Below are positions 28,301-40,800 of a DNA stretch of 64,000 bases, piece by piece. A program made the position numbers and the translations under genes. This DNA comes from the human T2T-CHM13v2.0 reference genome, Homo sapiens, in the NCBI RefSeq assembly GCF_009914755.1, contig NC_060933.1; one strand, given 5' to 3'. How positions within the stretch are numbered: position 1 is the stretch's first letter; every line of letters starts with the position of its first letter. The notes beneath the pieces are model-generated. The model worked only from the letters and a program-made list of their open reading frames with translations. It had not been told where the DNA came from and ran no database searches.

Positions 28301-30420
28301 CCGTTCCATTTCATTCTATTCGGGTTAATTCCATTCCATTCCATTCCACTCCATTTTAGTCCTTTCCATTACATTCCACTCCTGTTGATTCCATTCTATT
28401 CCTTTCAATTCCATTCCATTCCATTGCAATCGAGTTGATTCCATTCGAGTTGAATCCATTCCTTTCCATTCCATTCCATTCCATTGCACACGGGTTCATT
28501 CCGTTCCATTCCATTCCATTCCATTCCATTCCATATCATTCCATTCCATTCTATTCCGTACCATTCCATTCCATCCCATTCCATTCCGTTCCGTTCCATG
28601 CCATTACACTCGGGTTGATTCCATTCCTTTCCATTCCATTCTTGTTGAATCCATTCCATTCCATTCCATTCCATTCGAATCCATTCCATTGCACTCGGGT
28701 TGATTCCATTCTATTCCATTCCATTCCATTTCATTCCATTCCATTCCATTACATTCGGATTGATTCTATTCAATTCCCTTACACTCCATTACATTCCATT
28801 ACATTCGGGATGTTTCCATTCCATTCCATTCCATTCCACTCCATTCCATTGCATCAGGTTGATTGCATTCCATTCCATTCCATTCCATTCCGGATGATTC
28901 CATTCCATTGCATTCCATTCCATTCCATTCCCCTGCACTCGGGTTGATTCCATTCCATTCCATTCCATTCCATTCCATTCCATTCCGTTCCATTCCATTC
29001 CATTCCATTGTATTCCGGTTAATTCCATTCCATTCCATTCGATTCCATTCCATTCCATTCCATTCCATTGCAATCGAGTTGATTCCATTCCATTCCATTC
29101 CATTCCGTTCCGGATGATTCCATTCCATTCCATTCCATTCCATTCCATTCCCCTGCAGTCGGGTTGATTCCATTCCATTCCATTCCATTCCATTCCATTC
29201 CACTCCCTTCCAGTCCTTTCCATTCCATTACACTCGGGTTGATTCCATTCTATTCCTTTCTATTCCATTCCATTCCATTGCAATCGAGTTGATTCCATTG
29301 CTTTGCATTACATTCCATTCCATTCCATTCCGGATGATTCCATTCCATTGCATTCCATTCCATTCCATTCCCCTGCACTCGGGTTGATTCCGTTCCATTC
29401 CACTCCATTCCGTTCCATTCCGTTCCATTCCATTGTATTCGAGTTAATTCCATTCCATTCCATTCCATTCCATTCCATTCCATTCCATTCCATTCCATTA
29501 CAATCGAGTTGATTCCATGCCATTCCATTCCATTCCATTCGATTCCAGTCCTTTCCATTCCATTCCACTCGGGTTGATTCCATTCTAATAATTTCCGTTC
29601 CATTCCATTCCCTTCCATTCCACTCTGGTTGATTCCATTCCTTTCCATTCCACTCGAATACATTCCCTCCTATTCCACTAGGAACGATCCCATTCCATTC
29701 CATTCCATTCCATTCCATTCCATTCCATTCCAGTTCGTTCCATTCCGTTCTATTCCGTACCATTCCATTCCATTCCTTTCCTTTCCATTCCATTCCTTTC
29801 CACTCGTGTTGATTCCATTCCTTTCCATTACATTCGGTTTGAAGGCATTCCATTCCATTCAATTCCATTAAATTCCATTCCATTCCATTCCATTCTATTC
29901 CATTCCATTGCAATCGAGTTGAATCCATTGCCTTTCATTCCATTCCATTCCATTCCATTCCATTCCGGAAGATTCCATTCCATTGCATTCCATTCCATTC
30001 CATTCCCCTGCACTCGCGTTGATTCCATTCCATTCCATTCCATTCCATTCCGTTCCGTTCCATTCCATTCCATTCCATTCCACTCCGTTCCGTTCCATTC
30101 CATTCCATTCCATTCTATTCGGGTTAATTCCATTCCATTCCATTCGAATGCCATCAAGTTGATTCCATTCCATTCCATTCTATTCCATTCCATTCCATTC
30201 CATTCCTTTCCATTCCATTACGGATGACTACATTCCATTGCATTCCATTCCATTCCATTCCCCTGTACTCGGGTTGATTCCATTCCATTCCATTCCACTC
30301 CATTCGGTTCCGTTGCATTCCATTCTATTGCATTCCATTCTATTCGGGTTAATTCCATTCCATTCTATTCTATTCCATTCCATTCCATTCCATTCCATTG
30401 CAATGGAGTTGATTCCATTG
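22360..30420 (+). repeat. Tandem duplication of a ~3.18 kb unit plus a more diverged partial third copy (~28250-30420)
   Basis: CCACTTCACTCGCG (22407, 25584) and CGTCCCGTTT occur in two copies. GCACACGGG (23435, 26622, 28486), TTCGGGATGTTTCC and CATCAGGTTGATTGC occur in all three. Confidence 0.92.
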
Positions 30421-30649
30421 CATTCCATTCCATTCCGGATGATTCCATTCCATTGCATTCCATTCCATTCCATTCCCCTGCACTCGTGTTGATTCCATTG
30501 CCTTCCATTCCATTATATTCCGTTCCATTCCATTGCATTCCATTCTATTCCGGTTAATTCCATTCCATTCCATTCCATTCCATTCCATTCCATTCCATTC
30601 CTTTCCATTGCAATCGAGTTGATTCCATTCCATTCCTTTCCATTCCATT

Positions 30650-30860
30650 CCATTGCCTTGCATTCCACTCGGGTTGATTCCATTCCCTTCTTTCCACTCC
30701 ATTACATTCCCTTCCATGATTGATTCCATTCCATTCCATTCCATTCCATTCCATTGCAATCCATTCCAATCCATTCCATTCCATTCCATTCCACTCGAGT
30801 TGACTTCATTCCATTCCTTTCCATTCCATTCCATTCCTTTCCACTCGAGTTGATTCCATT
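30650..30860 (+). repeat. Rare divergent ~210-bp module, copy 1 of 3 (carries a 12-bp deletion)
   Basis: ATTGCCTTGCATTCC..CCCTTCTTTCC..TGATTG..CTCGAG twice (30794, 30844). Confidence 0.9.
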
Positions 30861-32539
30861 CGATTCCAATCCATTGCATTCCATTCCATGCCATTCCACT
30901 CGGGTTGATTCCATTCCTTTGCATTCCATTCCATTCCATTCCATTCCATTCCATTCCATTCCATTCCATTCCGTTGCATTCCATTCCATTTCATTCGGAT
31001 TGATGCTATTCAACTCCCTTACTCTCCATTACATTCCATTCCATTCGGGTTGTTCCATTCCATTCCATTCCATTCCACTCCATTCCATTGCACTCGGATT
31101 GATTCCATTCCATTCCATTCCATTCCATTCCATTCCATTCCATTCCATTCCATTCCGGATGATTCCATTCCATTGCATTCCGTTCCATTACATTCCCCTG
31201 CACTCGCGTTGATTCCATTCCATTCCATTCCATTCCATTCAATTCCATTCCATTACAATTCGTTCCATTCCATTCTATTCCGTACCATTCCATTCCATTC
31301 CATACCATTCCATTCCATTCCATTCCATTCCATTCCGTTCCATTCCGTTCCATTCCATTCCATTCCATTCTATTCGGGTTAATTCCATTCCATTCCATTC
31401 CATTCCATTCCATTCCATTCTATTCCATTCCACTGCAATCGAGTTGAATCCATTGCATTTCATTCCATTCCATTCCATTCAATTCCATTCCATTGCATTC
31501 CGGAAGATCCCATTCCATTGCATTCCATTCCATTCCATTCCCCTGCACTCGCGTTGATTCCATTCCATTCCGTTCCATTCCATTCCATTCCATTCCATTC
31601 CGTTCCGTTCCGTTCCATTCCATTCCATTCCATTCCATTCCATTCCATTCCGTTCCGTTCCATTCCATTCCATTCCATTCTATTCGGGTTAATTTCATTC
31701 CATTCCATTCGATTGCAATCGAGTTGATTCCATTCCATTCCATTCCATTCCATTCCGTTCCATTCCATTCCTTTCCATTCCATTACGGATGATTCCATTC
31801 CATTGCATTCCATTCCATTCCATTCCCCTGTACTCGGGTTGTTTCCATTCCATTCCATTCCTATACATGCCATTCCACTCGTGTTGATTCCATTCTTTCC
31901 ATTCCATTCAAGTTGAATCCATTCCATTGCATTCCATTCCATTCGATTCCATTCGATTGTACTCGGGTTGATTCCATTCCATTGCATTCCATTCCATTCC
32001 ATTCCATTCCAATCCATTCCATTCCGTTCCATTCCATTTCATTACATTCAGATTGATTCTATTCAATTCCCTTACACTCCATTATATTCCAATCCATTCT
32101 GGTTGTTTCCATTCCATTCCATTCCATTTCACTCCATTCCATTGCAATCGGGTTGATTCCATTCCATTCCATTCCATTGCATTCCATTCCATTCCATTCC
32201 GGATGATTCCATTCCATTGCATTCCTTTCCATTCCATTCCCCTGCACTCGGTTTGATTCCATTCCATTCCATTCCATTAAATTCCGTTCCATTCCATTCC
32301 ATTCCATTCAGATTGATTCTATTCAATTCCCTTACACTCCATTACATTCCATTCCATTCGGGTAGTTTCCATTCCATTCCATTCCATTCCTCTCCATTCC
32401 ATTGCACTCGGGTTGATTCCATTCCATTCCATTCCTTTCCATTACATTACATTACATTACATTCCGTTCCATTGTACTCGGGTTGATTCCATTCCATTGC
32501 ATTCCATTCCATTCCATTCCATTCCATTCCATTCCATTC

Positions 32540-33860
32540 CATTACATTCGGATTGATTCTATTCAACTCTCTAACTCTCCATTACATTACATTCCATTCG
32601 GGTTGTTCCATTCCATTCGATTCCATTCCATTCCATTCCATTCCATTCCATTACATTCGGATTGATTCTATTCAATTCCCTTACACTCCATTACATTCCA
32701 TTCCATTCGGGTTGCTCCATTCCATTCCATTCCATTCCACTCCATTCCATTACGCTCGGGTTGATTCCATTCCATTCCATTCCATTCCATTCCATTCCAT
32801 TCCGGATGATTCCATTCCATTGCATTCCGTTCCATTACATTCCCCTGCACTCGGGTTGATTCCATTCCATTCCCTTCCATTCCATTCGATTCCATTCCAT
32901 TCCAATTCTTTCCATTCCATTCTATTCCGTACCATTCCATTCCATACAATTCCATTCCATTCCATTCCACTCCGTTCCGTTCCGTTCCGTTGCGTTCCGT
33001 TGCATTCCATTCCATTCCATTCTATTCGGTTTAATTCCATTCCATTCCATTCCATTCCATTCTATTCCATTCCATTGCAATCGAGTTGAATCCATTGCAT
33101 TCCATTCCATTCCATTCCATTCCATTCCGGAAGATTCCATTCCATTGCATTCCATTCCATTCCATTCCATTCCATTCCATTCCATTCCATTCCATTACAT
33201 TCGGATTGATTCTATTCAACTCCCTAACTCTCCATTACATTCCATTCCTTTCGGGTTGTTCCATTCCATTCGATTCCATTCCATTCCGTTCCATTCCATT
33301 CCATTACATTCGGATTGATTCTATTCAATTCCCTTACACTCCATTACATTCCATTCCATTCGGGTTGCTCCATTCCATTCCATTCCATTCCACTCCATTC
33401 CATTACGCTCGGGTTGATTCCATTCCATTCCATTCCATTCCATTCAATTCCATTCCATTCCATTCCGGATGATTCCATTCCATTGCATTCCGTTCCATTA
33501 CATTCCCCTGCACTCGGGTTGATTCCATTCCATTCCCTTCCATTCCATTCGATTCCATTCCATTCCAATTATTTCCATTCCATTCTATTCCGTACCATTC
33601 CATTCCATTCCATACAATTCCATTCCATTCCATTCCACTCCGTTCCGTTCCGTTCCGTTCCGTTCCGTTCCGTTCCATTCCATTCCATTCCATTCTATTC
33701 GGTTTAATTCCATTCCATTCCATTCCATTCCATTCTATTCCATTCCATTGCAATCGAGTTGAATCCATTGCATTCCATTCCATTCCATTCCATTCCATTC
33801 CGGAAGATTCCATTCCATTGCATTCCATTCCATTCCATTCCATTCCATTCCATTCCATTC
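32540..33860 (+). repeat. Tandem duplication of a ~0.65-0.67 kb unit
   Basis: GTTGCTCC (32711, 33364), TACGCTCGGG (32751, 33404), CTAACTCTCC and CATACAATT in both copies. Confidence 0.9.
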
Positions 33861-34399
33861 CTTTCCATTGTACTCGGGTTGATTCCATTCCATTGCATTC
33901 CATTCCATTCCATTCCATTCCATTCCATTCCATTCCTTTCCGTTGCATTCCATTCCATTACATTCGGATTGATTCTTTTCAACTCCCTTACTCTCCATTA
34001 CATTCCATTCCATTCGGGTTGTTCCATTCCATTCCATTCCATTCCACTCCATTCCATTGCACTCGGGTTGATTCCATTCCATTCCATTCCATTCCATTCC
34101 GGATGATTCCATTCCATTGCTTTCCGTTCCATTACATTCCCCTGCACTCGGGTTGATTCCATTCCATTCCATTCCATTCCATTCGATTCCATTCCATTCC
34201 CCTGCACTCGCGTTGATTCCATTCCATTCCATTCCATTCCATTCCTTTCCATTCCAGTCTTTTCCATTCCATTCCACTCAGGTTGATTCCATTCTATTAG
34301 TTTCCATTCCATTCCATTCCATTCCATTCCACTCTGGTTGATTCCATTACTTTCCATTCCACTCGAATACATTCCCTCCTATTCCACTCGGAAAGATTC

Positions 34400-37300
34400 C
34401 ATTCCATTCCATTCCATTCCATTCCATTCCATTCCATTCCATTCCATTTCGTTCCATTCCATTCTATTCCGTATCATTCCATTCCATTCCATTCCATTCC
34501 ATTCCATTCCATTCCACTCGTGTTGATTCCATTCCTTTCCATTCCATTCGGTTTGAAGGCATTGCATTCCATTCCATTCCATTCCATTCCATTGTACTCG
34601 GGTTGATTCCATTCCATTGCATTCCATTCCATTCCATTCCATTCCATTCCATTCCATTCCATTCCGTTGCATTCCATTCCATTACATTCGGATTGATTCT
34701 ATTCAACTCCCTTAGTCTCCATTACATTACATTCAATTTGGGTTGTTCCATTCCATTCCATTCCATTCCATTCGACTCCATTCCATTGCACTCGGGTTGA
34801 TTCCATTCCATTCCATTCCATTCCATTCCATTCCGGATGATTCCATTCCATTGCATTCCGTTCCATTACATTCCCATGCACTCGCGTTGATTCCATTCCA
34901 TTCCATTCCATTCCATTCAATTCCATTCCATTCCATTACAATTCGTTCCATTCCATTCTATTCCGTACCATTCCATTCCATTCCATACCATTCCATTCCA
35001 TTCCATTCCATTCCATTCCATTCCGTTCCATTCCGTTCCATTCCATTCCATTCCATTCTATTCGGGTTAATTCCATTCCATTCCATTCCATTCCATTCCA
35101 TTCTATTCCATTCCATTGCAATCGAGTTTAATCAATTGCATTTCATTCCATTCCATTCCATTCCATTCCATTCCGGAAGATTTCATTCCATTGCATTCCA
35201 TTCCATTCCATTCCCCTGCACTCGGGTTGATTCCATTCCATTGCATTCCAATCCATGCCCTTCCACTCGTGTTGATTCCATTCTTTCCATTCCATTCAAG
35301 TTGAATCCATTCCATTGCATTCCATTCCATTCGATTCCATTCGATTGCACTCGGGTTGATTCCATTCCATTGCATTCCATTCCATTCAATTCCATTCCAT
35401 TCCATTCCATTCCGTTCCATTTAATTCCATTACATTCGGATTGATTCTATTCAATTCCCTTACACTCCATTACATTCCATTCCATTCGGGTAGTTTCCAT
35501 TCCATTCCATTCCATTCCTGTCCATTCCATTGCACTCGGGTTGATTCCATTCCATTGCATTCCATTCCATTCCATTCAATTCCATTCCGTTCCATTCCAT
35601 TCTATTACATTCGGATTGATTCTATTCAACTCCCTTACTCTCCGTTACATTCCATTCCATTCGGGTTGTTCCATTCCATTCCATTCCATTCCACTCCATT
35701 CCATTGCACTCGGGTTTATTCCATTCCGTTTCATTCCATTCCGGAAGATTCCATTCCATTGCATTCCATTCCAATCCATTCCCCTGCACTCGCGTTGATT
35801 CCATTGCATTCCATTCCATTCCATTCCGTTCCATTCCATTCCTTTCCGTTCCATTCCATTCCATTCCATTCCATTCCATTCCGTTCCGTTCCGTTCCGTT
35901 CCATTCCATTCCATTCCATTCTATTCAGGTTAATTCCATTCCATTCCATTCGACTGCAATCGAGTTGATTCCATTCCATTCCATTACATTCCATTACATT
36001 CGGATTGATTCTATTCAACTCCCTAACTCTCCATTACATTCCATTCCATTCGGGTTGTTCCATTCCATTCGATTCCATTCCATTCCGTTCCATTCCATTC
36101 CATTACATTCGGATTGATTCTATTCAATTCCCTTACACTCCATTACATTACATTCCATTCGGGTTGCTCCATTCCATTCCATTCCATTCCACTCCATTCC
36201 ATTACGCTCGGGTTGATTCCATTCCATTCCATTCCATTCCATTCCATTCCATTCCATTCCATTTCGTTCCATTCCATTCTATTCCGTATCATTCCATTCC
36301 ATTCCATTCCATTCCATTCCATTCCATTCCACTCGTGTTGATTCCATTCCTTTCCATTCCATTCGGTTTGAAGGCATTGCATTCCATTCCATTCCATTCC
36401 ATTCCATTGTACTCGGGTTGATTCCATTCCATTGCATTCCATTCCATTCCATTCCATTCCATTCCATTCCATTCCATTCCATTGCATTCCATTCCATTAC
36501 ATTCGGATTGATTCTATTCAACTCCCTTACTCTCCATTACATTACATTCAATTTGGGTTGTTCCATTCCATTCCATTCCATTCCATTCCACTCCATTCCA
36601 TTGCACTCGGGTTGATTGCATTCCATTCCATTCCTTTCCATTCCATTCCGGATGATTCCATTCCATTGCATTCCGTTCCATTACATTCCCCTGCACTCGC
36701 GTTGATTCCATTCCATTCCATTCCATTCAATTCCATTCCATTCCATTACAATTCGTTCCATTCCATTCTATTCCGTACCATTCCATTCCATTCCATACCA
36801 TTCCATTCCATTCCATTCCATTCCATTCCATTCCATTCCGTTCCATTCCGTTCCATTCCATTCCATTCCATTCTATTCGGGTTAATTCCATTCCATTCCA
36901 TTCCATTCCATTCCATTCTATTCCATTCCATTGCAATCGAGTTTAATCAATTGCATTTCATTCCATTCCATTCCATTCCATTCCATTCCGGAAGATTCCA
37001 TTCCATTGCATTCCATTCCATTCCATTCCCCTGCACTCGGGTTGATTCCATTCCATTGCATTCCAATCCATGCCCTTCCACTCGTGTTGATTCCATTCTT
37101 TCCATTCCATTCAAGTTGAATCCATTCCATTGCATTCCATTCCATTCGATTCCATTCGATTGCACTCGGGTTGATTCCATTCCATTGCATTCCATTCCAT
37201 TCCATTCCATTCCATTCCATTCCATTCCGTTCCATTTCATTCCATTACATACGGATTGATTCTATTCAATTCCCTTACACTCCATTACATTCCATTCCAT

Positions 37301-37800
37301 TCGGGTAGTTTCCATTCCATTCCATTCCATTCCTGTCCATTCCATTGCACTCGGGTTGATTCCATTCCATTGCATTCCATTCCATTCCATTCAATTCCAT
37401 TCCGTTCCATTCCATTCTATTACATTCGGATTGATTCTATTCAACTCCCTTACTCTCCGTTACATTCCATTCCATTCGTGTTGTTCCATTCCATTCCATT
37501 CCATTCCACTCCATTCCATTGCACTCGGGTTTATTCCATTCCATTCCATTCCATTCCATTCCATTCCGGAAGATTCCATTCCATTGCATTCCATTCCAAT
37601 CCATTCCCCTGCACTCGCGTTGATTCCATTGCATTCCATTCCATTCCATTCCGTTCCATTCCATTCCTTTCCGTTCCATTCCATTCCATTCCATTCCATT
37701 CCATTCCATTCCGTTCCGTTCCGTTCCATTCCATTCCATTCCATTCCATTCTATTCAGGTTAATTCCATTCCATTCCATTCGACTGCAATCGAGTTGATT
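34400..37800 (+). repeat. Near-tandem duplication, offset 1815 bp, with a ~240-bp intervening piece
   Basis: ATTCAATTTGGGTTG (34731, 36546), GAGTTTAATCAATTG (35124, 36939), CATTCCTGTCC and GAAGGCATTGC in both copies. Confidence 0.92.
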
Positions 37801-40800
37801 CCATTCCATTCCATTCCATTCCATTCCATTCCATTCCATTCCATTCCTTTCCATTCCATTACGGATGATTCCATTCCATTGCATTCCATTCCATTCCATT
37901 CCCCTATACTCGGGTTGATTCCTTTCCATTCCATTCCAATCCATGCCATTCCACTCGTGTTGATTCCACTCTTTCCATTCCATTCAAGTTGAATCCATTC
38001 CATTGCATTCCATTCCATTCCATTCCCCTGCAGTCGGGTTGATTCCATTCCATTCCATTCCATTCCATTCCATTCCATTCCGCTCCGTTTCATTCCATTC
38101 CATTCCATTCCATTCCATTCTATTCTATTCGGGTTAATTCCATTCCATTCCATTCCATTCCATTCCATTCCATTCCAATCGAGTTGATTCCATTCCATTC
38201 CACTCCATTCCGTTCCATTCCATTCCATTCCATTGTATTCGGGTTAATTCCATTCCATTCCATTCCATTCCATTCCATTCCATCACAATCGAGTTTGTTC
38301 CATTCCATTCCATTCCATTCCATTCCATTCCATTCCATTCCGGATGATTCCATTCCATTACATTCCGTTCCATTACATTCCCCTGCACTCGCGTTGATTC
38401 CATTCCATTCCATTCCATTCCATTCGATTCCATTCCATTCCAATTCTTTCCATTCCATTCTATTCCGTACCATTCCATTCCATTCCATACCTTTCCATTC
38501 CATTCCATTCCATTCCATTCCGTTCCGTTCCGTTCCGTTCCATTCCATTCCATTCCATTTTATTCGGGTTAATTCCATTCCATTCCATTCCATTCCATTC
38601 TATTCCATTCCATTGCAATCGAGTTGAATCCATTGCATTCAATTCCATTCCATTCCATTCCATTGCAATCGAGTTGAATCCATTGCATTCCATTCCATTC
38701 CATTCCGGAAGATTCCATTCCATTGCATTCCATTCCATTCCATTCCCCTGCACTCGCGTTGATTCCATTCCATTCCATTCCATTCCATTCCGTTCCGTTC
38801 CGTTCCATTCCATTCTATTCCATTTCGTTCCGTTCCGTTCCGTTCCATTCCATTCCATTCTATTCGGATTAATTCCATTCCATTCCATTCGACTGCAATC
38901 GAGTTGATTCCATTCCATTCCATTCCATTCCATTCCATTCCATTCCATTCCTTTCCATTCCATTACGGATGATTCCATTCCACTGCATTACATTCCATTC
39001 CATTCCCCTGTACTCGGGTTGATTCCATTCCATTCCATTCCATTCCATTCTATTCCATTCCATTCCATTCCATTCCGGAAGATTCCATTCTATTGCATTC
39101 CATTCCATTCCATTCCACTGCACTTGCGTTGATTCCATTCCATTGTATTCCATTCCATTCCATTCCATTCCGATCCGTTCCATTCCATTCCATTCCATTC
39201 CATTCCGTTCCGTTCCATTCCATTCCATTCCATTCCATTCTATTCGGGTTAATTCCATTCCATTCCATTCGATTGCAATCGAGTTGATTCCATTCCATTC
39301 CATTCCAATCCATGCCATTCCACTGGTGTTGCTTCGATTCTTTCCATTCCATTCAAGTTGAATCCATTCCATTGCATTCCATTCCATTCGATTCCATTCG
39401 ATTGCACTCGGGTTGATTCCATGGCATTGCATTCCATTCCATTCCATTCCATTCCATTCCATTCCATTCCATTCCTTTCCATTCCATTCCATTCCATTCC
39501 ATTCGGATTCATTCTATTCAATTCCCTTACACTCCATTACATTCCATTCCATTCGTGTAGTTTCCATTCCATTGCATTCCATTCCTCTCAATTCCATTGC
39601 ACTCGGGTTGATTCCATTCCATTCCATTCCATTCCATTCCATTCCATTCCATTCCAATCAAGTTGATTCCATTCCATTCCATTCCATTCCATTCCACTCC
39701 ATTCCAGTCCTTTCCATTCCATTCCTCTCGGGTTGATTCCAATGTATTCCTTTCCATTCCATTCCATTCCATTGCAATCGAGTTGATTCCATTGCTTTGC
39801 ATTCCATTCCATTCCATTCCATTCAGGATGATTCCATTCCATTGCATTCCATTCCATTCCATTCCCCTGCACTCGGGTTGATTCCATTCCATTCCACTCC
39901 ATTCCGTTCCATTCCGTTCCATTCCATTGTATTCGGGTTAATTCCATTCCATTCCATTCCATTCCATTCCACTCGGGTTGATTCTATTCCTTTCCATTCC
40001 ATTCCATTCCACTCCATTCCAGTCCTTTCCATTCCATTCCACTCGGGTTGATTCCAATGTATTCCTTTCCATTCCATTCCATTCCATTGCAATCGAGTTG
40101 ATTCCATTTCTTTGCATTCCATTCCATTCCATTCCATTCCGGATGATTCCATTCCATTGCATTCCATTCCATTCCATTCCCCTGCACTCGGGTTGATTCC
40201 ATTCCATTCCACTCCATTCCGTTCCATCCCATTCCATTGCATTGTATTCGGGTTAATTCCATTCCATTCCATTCCATTCCATTCCATTCCATTCCATTCC
40301 ATTCCATTACAATCGAGTTGATTCCATGCCATTCCATTCCATTCCAGTCCTTTCCATTCCATTCCACTCGGGTTGATTCCATTCTATTAATTTCCGTTCC
40401 ATTCCATTCCCTTCCATTCCACTCTGGTTGATTCCATTCCTTTCCATTCCACTCGAATACATTCCCTCCTATTCCACTCGGAACGATCCCATTCCATTCC
40501 ATTCCATTCCATTCCATTCCATTCCATTCCATTCCATTCCAGTTCGTTCCATTCCGTTCTATTCCGTACCATTCCATTCCATTCCATTCCTTTCCATTGC
40601 ATTCCTTTCCACTGGTGTTGATTCCATTCCTTTCCATTACATTCGGTTTTAAGGCATTCCATTCCATTCAATTCCATTAAATTCCATTCCATTCCATTCC
40701 ATTCTATTCCATTCCATTGCAATCGAGTTGAATCCATTGCCTTTCATTCCATTCCATTCCATTCCATTCCATTCCGGAAGATTCCATTCCATTGCTTTCC

